From contig NZ_DATCYK010000028.1 of the NCBI RefSeq assembly GCF_036570325.1, forward strand, positions 11,526 through 75,525: DNA of 64,000 nt, given 5' to 3'. The stretch comes from Prevotella sp. (GTDB taxonomy: Bacteria; Bacteroidota; Bacteroidia; Bacteroidales; Bacteroidaceae). Of this stretch, positions 59,687-64,000 are shown piece by piece. The position numbers and the translations under genes were made by a program. The notes below the pieces were generated by a model that was not told the origin of the DNA, made no database searches, and saw only the letters and a list, made by a program, of their open reading frames with translations. The stretch's first letter is position 1. Every line of letters starts with the position of its first letter.

Positions 59687-61159
59687 TTAATAGCCCTCGT
59701 TTTGTTTGAGGTTGGTGTTCTTGTCGAGCTCACTCTGGGGCACGGGCCATAAGGTGCGGAAGTCGCGCAGGTCGGTAAAGAGCTTATGGCCTTGGGCGTC
59801 TTTATGGCTCTTCATTACCTCGAGGGCACGGTTATTGCGCAGAAGGTCGTACCAACGCTGGCCTTCCATGTAGAGCTCAAGCTGGCGTTCGTTCTCCACG
59901 GCCAAGCGAGCGGCGGTCTGCGACATGGCGTTATTGAGCTGATGGGCGGTGAGTCCGGCCCGCCGGCGTATGGTATTGACAATGTCGATGGCCTCGGCCG
60001 TGCGTCCCATTTCCACGAGTGCCTCGGCTTTAAGCAGCATAATGTCGGCCAAACGCATGAGGATTATGTCGGAGTTTTTCTCCCTTATCTTATACGAGAA
60101 GGGGTAGTTGTCGGCGTTCCAGTAGGCGTCGTAGGGCGCTTTTTTCCACTGTATGGAAGCCTCGTAGCGGCGGTCGTCGGGCAGATACTTGGCCACTAAT
60201 TCGTGGGTGGGGGTGCAGTAGCGGCGCCATGTTACCGAGCCGTCGTCCTCCTTGAGCAGCGTCCAGTAGGCCCAGTTGGGCGATTCGGCCGTGTAGTACA
60301 CCTCGAATATGCTCTCGGAGGTAAACTTATTGTCGGGATTCCATAGCTCGTTGAAGTCCGAAACCAAGCTGTAGCCCTCGCCAATCACCTTGTCGCAGTA
60401 GCTCACTACCTTGGCGTAATCGCGTTGGTCGGCCGTTTTGTAGGTGGCGTAAACCTTGGCCAAGAGTCCGTAGGCGGCCCCTTTGGTGGCTTGGAAAGCC
60501 CCCGCGGGCTTGGAAGGCAGGGCCGACAGGGTTTCGTCATTGAGGTCGCGGAGTATTTGTTGGTACACTTCCTCGGTGGTGCTGCGGTGGGGATACATTA
60601 CGGGATACCACGTATCGAGGTTCTCGGCGGTGATGGTGGGAATAAGTTGGAGCACCATCGGCAGGTCGCCATAGAGCCTTACCATGTCGAACAAGGCCCA
60701 AGCACGGATAAAACGGGCCTCGGCCATTACCTCGGCGCGCTCCTTCGAGGGGGTGGAAGCGGGCATGAGCCTCACGTTTTCGATAACATTGGTGGCATTA
60801 CCGGCCATGGCCATGTACTGCGACCATACCAAAGCAACCTTTGCGTTGGTAGCGGTGAGCTTGAAAATATCGACCGCCGATTCGTTGGTTCCGTCGCCCC
60901 CGACGTAGCAATTGTCGGATTGTACGTCGTTGATCATGAAGTTTTCTTGTTGAAAAATGTCGTTCTTAAAGCTGTTGTAAGCGCCTAACAGCTCGGTACG
61001 GGCGTCGGCTATGGTGGCGTATTTGGTGACTATGCTGTCGCCGGGGGTAGCTTCGGCCGTGAAATCGGTCTGTGGGCGCTCGTCTAAAAAGTCGTTGCAA
61101 GCCGTTAGCGAGAGTCCTCCCAAGAGCAGGAAGGCCGAATAAATATGTTTGATATTCAT
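59687..61159 (-). CDS. SusD/RagB nutrient-binding lipoprotein
   Basis: lipobox LTAC, EARFIRAW, RLADIMLLKAEAL, ERQLELYMEGQRWYDL, QNEGY end. Confidence 0.95.
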   Translation of the reverse strand: MNIKHIYSAFLLLGGLSLTACNDFLDERPQTDFTAEATPGDSIVTKYATIADARTELLGAYNSFKNDIFQQENFMINDVQSDNCYVGGDGTNESAVDIFKLTATNAKVALVWSQYMAMAGNATNVIENVRLMPASTPSKERAEVMAEARFIRAWALFDMVRLYGDLPMVLQLIPTITAENLDTWYPVMYPHRSTTEEVYQQILRDLNDETLSALPSKPAGAFQATKGAAYGLLAKVYATYKTADQRDYAKVVSYCDKVIGEGYSLVSDFNELWNPDNKFTSESIFEVYYTAESPNWAYWTLLKEDDGSVTWRRYCTPTHELVAKYLPDDRRYEASIQWKKAPYDAYWNADNYPFSYKIREKNSDIILMRLADIMLLKAEALVEMGRTAEAIDIVNTIRRRAGLTAHQLNNAMSQTAARLAVENERQLELYMEGQRWYDLLRNNRALEVMKSHKDAQGHKLFTDLRDFRTLWPVPQSELDKNTNLKQNEGY

Positions 61160-61171
61160 AGTTCAGATAGA

Positions 61172-64000
61172 TTAAAATTCTACATTGAGTCCGAAAATAA
61201 CGGCCTTCGACTGCGGGTAAGTACCGTAGTCAATGCCTAACTGCACGGCGTTGGCGCCATAGGCGTTGACCTCCGGGTCGTAGCCGGCGTAGCGAGTGAG
61301 GGTCAGAAGGTTCTGTCCGGTAACGTATAATTGCAGGCGGGAGAGTCCCCATCGGCCTATGAGGCGCTTGTCGAAGTTGTACGACAGCGTGGCGGTTTTC
61401 AAGCGCAGGTACGATCCATCTTCCACAAAGCGGGTGGAGTTATGGATATTCTCGTCATTACCTACACGGGGTATGTCGGTCATCATGCCGGGTCGACGCC
61501 ATCGATGGAGCACGGTTTTGGACTGATTGCGGAAATCCATCATGCCCTCCGTGTCGATACGGGTGGCATTAAAGATGTCGTTGCCCTGACTACCCTGCAA
61601 GAAGAGCGATAGGCTGAAGCCTTTATAAGAGAGTGTATTGGTCATTCCGTAAGTGAAATCGGGCTGCGCGTTGCCTATGATTGTTCGGTCGCCGGGGTCG
61701 GTAAGGCCGTTATCGTTGAGGTCGGCGTAGGCGATATTGCCCGTCTCGGGGTCGACTCCTTGGGATATGTAGCCGAAGAATGAGCCCAAGGGAAGGCCCT
61801 CGCGCAATACGATGGCGGGCTCTTTGGTCTCGTACATCTCACCATAATAATATATTTTGTTGAGCCCCAAGCGGGTGAGTCGGTTCTTATTGAACGACAG
61901 GTTGAAGTCGGTATTCCATTGGAACGCCCCTTTCAGGTTCTGCGAAGATACGTTGAACTCCACTCCTTTGTTGACCATTTGGCCGTCGTTGCGGGTAATG
62001 CCGCCCGGCAGATTTACGTTATCGGGCAGGCTGACGGTAAGAAGCAGGTCGGTAGTCTTCTTATAATAGGCGTCGGCAGAGAAGGTAAGACGACCATTCC
62101 ACAGCGTTATGTCGAGGCCCATGTTCCACTGTGACGTCTTTTCCCACGTGAGTTCCTTGTTGGCTGCGGTGCCTGCGGCGATGGCAAGGCCCGGGTAAAG
62201 GTTGTCGGCAGTGGGCGTTACCTTGCTCACAGTCATGCCTGCCAAGTACGAGTAGTTACCTATGCCGCCTTGGTTACCGTTCATTCCCCAGCCCACACGC
62301 AGCTTCGCGTCGTCAACGATGGGCTTCAGAGGTAGCATGAACGGCTCTTCGGAGAAGCGCCAGCCGGCCGATACCGAGGGGAAAGCGCCCCAACGATGGC
62401 CTTTGGCGAAGCGAGATGAGCCATCGGCGCGGAAGTTCATCGTCAGCAAATACTTGCTATCATAGTTGTAGGCCACACGTCCTAAGAAGGAAGCGAGCGA
62501 CCATGCCGACGCGCCGGCGCCCGTAGCGTCCTTATCTATTTGGTTGGCGGCGGCCATGGAGTGGATGTGTGGGTAGGATTCGGATAGGTCGTAGCCGGCC
62601 ATCCATGAGCCTTTGTACTGGGCATGTTGCTGGGTTGCGCCGGCCATGGCCGAGAGATGGTGCTTGTCTTTCGACGTTTCGTAGGTGAGAATGTTCTCGA
62701 GTAACCATTCAAAGTTGCGGGCGGTGCTCTCCTCTACCCTGCCTTTGGTGGCGCGACCGTCGGAGGTCGACACGGGATCGAGGTAGTAATTCCAGCGTTC
62801 ATTGTTGAGATCTATGCCGAAAGTGGTCTTCCATGTGAGTCCCTTGGCTAAGTGGAGGGTGGCGCCAAAGGCCCCTTTGACGTAGTCGGTGGCCGTATTA
62901 TTGTCGGCGGCATTGGCCGCAAGAGGGTTGAGAATACGTGAACCGTAGGCTTGTTCGTCGTACCATCCGTCGTGGTTGGCGTCCCATTTGCGCATGAAAG
63001 GCGGTGTATTGATGACCGAGAGGATGGAACCGGCTCGCATGGAGCTGCTGTTTTCTCTCACCCATTGCCCATTGGTGTGGGCGTAAGAGAAGTTAAGCGA
63101 GAGGCTGAGCCACTTGGTTTGCTTGCTATCAAGGTTGGCTCTGAAGTTGTAACGCTTGAAATGTGATTTCTCAACAATGCCTTCTTGGTCGGTATAACCT
63201 CCCGAAATAAAGTATTGCAGTCGGTCGCTGCCATTCTGAAGGGACAGTTGGTAGTTTTGTTCTAAGCCGGTTTTGAAGAATAGGTCGGTCCAATCGGTAA
63301 AGCGATGTTCGGTCTCGGGGATGGACGGAGCTACGTTGGAAACCTTCTTGAGGTCGGCCATGAGCTCCTTATATTCCTCGGTATTGAGGGCGTCGAGCTT
63401 GCGTCCGAGTTTTGAAAGGCCCGCGTAGGCGCTGAATTTCACCCGTGGTGTGCCGGCCACGCCGCGCTTTGTGGTGATGAGAACTACGCCGTTGGCGGCC
63501 CGGGCACCATAGATGGCGGCCGAGGAGGCGTCTTTCAATACCTGCATAGTTTCAATATCATTGGGGCTGATGTCCGAAATATTGTCGGTAGGCATGCCAT
63601 CTACCACGTAGAGAGGCTCATTGGAAGCCTGCACCGAGGTAGCTCCACGCACCCGAATGCTTAGTCCGCTGCCCGGCGCTCCCGAGGGTTGAACCACCTG
63701 AATGCCGGCTGCCTTGCCTTGGATGGCCTGTGCCGCCGATATGAGAGGACGCTCGTCGAGGTCTTTGGTCGACACGATGGAAACGGCCGTGGTGATGTCT
63801 TTGCGCTTCATGGCACCGTAACCTACGACCACTACCTCATCGAGCAGTTTGTCGTCTTCATGGAGTACGATGTTGTAAGTGTCGCCATGGCCCACCCGAA
63901 GGGTATGGCTTTGGAAACCAACGTAGGAAAAACGCAGTTGTGCACCGGGCGAGGCGTCGAGCCGATAGCGCCCATCCATGTCGGTGATGGTGCCGTTGGG
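61172..64000 (-). CDS. SusC/RagA TonB-dependent transporter (5' end outside window)
   Basis: LDEVVVVGYG, EPLYVVDG, VLKDASSAAIYGARAANGVVLITTK, WEKTSQWN, EDGSYLRLK; frame open to the window edge. Confidence 0.96.
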   Translation of the reverse strand, partial: PNGTITDMDGRYRLDASPGAQLRFSYVGFQSHTLRVGHGDTYNIVLHEDDKLLDEVVVVGYGAMKRKDITTAVSIVSTKDLDERPLISAAQAIQGKAAGIQVVQPSGAPGSGLSIRVRGATSVQASNEPLYVVDGMPTDNISDISPNDIETMQVLKDASSAAIYGARAANGVVLITTKRGVAGTPRVKFSAYAGLSKLGRKLDALNTEEYKELMADLKKVSNVAPSIPETEHRFTDWTDLFFKTGLEQNYQLSLQNGSDRLQYFISGGYTDQEGIVEKSHFKRYNFRANLDSKQTKWLSLSLNFSYAHTNGQWVRENSSSMRAGSILSVINTPPFMRKWDANHDGWYDEQAYGSRILNPLAANAADNNTATDYVKGAFGATLHLAKGLTWKTTFGIDLNNERWNYYLDPVSTSDGRATKGRVEESTARNFEWLLENILTYETSKDKHHLSAMAGATQQHAQYKGSWMAGYDLSESYPHIHSMAAANQIDKDATGAGASAWSLASFLGRVAYNYDSKYLLTMNFRADGSSRFAKGHRWGAFPSVSAGWRFSEEPFMLPLKPIVDDAKLRVGWGMNGNQGGIGNYSYLAGMTVSKVTPTADNLYPGLAIAAGTAANKELTWEKTSQWNMGLDITLWNGRLTFSADAYYKKTTDLLLTVSLPDNVNLPGGITRNDGQMVNKGVEFNVSSQNLKGAFQWNTDFNLSFNKNRLTRLGLNKIYYYGEMYETKEPAIVLREGLPLGSFFGYISQGVDPETGNIAYADLNDNGLTDPGDRTIIGNAQPDFTYGMTNTLSYKGFSLSLFLQGSQGNDIFNATRIDTEGMMDFRNQSKTVLHRWRRPGMMTDIPRVGNDENIHNSTRFVEDGSYLRLKTATLSYNFDKRLIGRWGLSRLQLYVTGQNLLTLTRYAGYDPEVNAYGANAVQLGIDYGTYPQSKAVIFGLNVEF

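Noticed and set aside
171-63166. Many long overlapping ORFs on the opposite strand or other frames (e.g. 171-1295, 5991-7544, 41630-42712, 22663-23757)
   Set aside because: Shadow ORFs of GC-rich real genes; no recognisable motifs

Overview
GC-rich Bacteroidales DNA, probably Prevotella-like (inferred from TAnnTTTG -7 promoter boxes, a SusC/SusD PUL, a PorZ-like gene and the acpP-fabF-rnc order). Most of the window is housekeeping genes: ABC exporter, miaB, korAB, mutS, rdgB, leuS, rnr, rnc, fabF, acpP, nadA, menF/D/B, a menC-menE fusion and a cyclophilin. A DnaA-box cluster at 36.8-37.3 kb, with no dnaA nearby, is probably oriC. Accessory parts: (1) a four-helix-bundle (Avd/IVS-like) gene set inside repeat arrays; (2) an RteC-like / M15 peptidase / HU-like / smalltalk-peptide module; (3) a 2.9-kb AT-rich, integrase-less island bounded by two ~75-bp hairpin direct repeats, carrying tandem beta-barrel paralogues with divergent loops and a ~400-nt self-complementary leader; (4) a TonB-receptor locus with three His-motif lipoproteins; (5) the 3' part of a GH20 hexosaminidase PUL. 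Intergenic DNA is full of short repeat families: 9-bp palindromic GTCNGAC arrays, 7-8-bp GTTGACGA arrays, G-rich GGATGAAT units, and many repeats with 11, 22, 44 or 66-bp periods. No rRNA, tRNA, CRISPR, transposase, integrase or reverse transcriptase was recognised. All calls were made by eye, without database searches.
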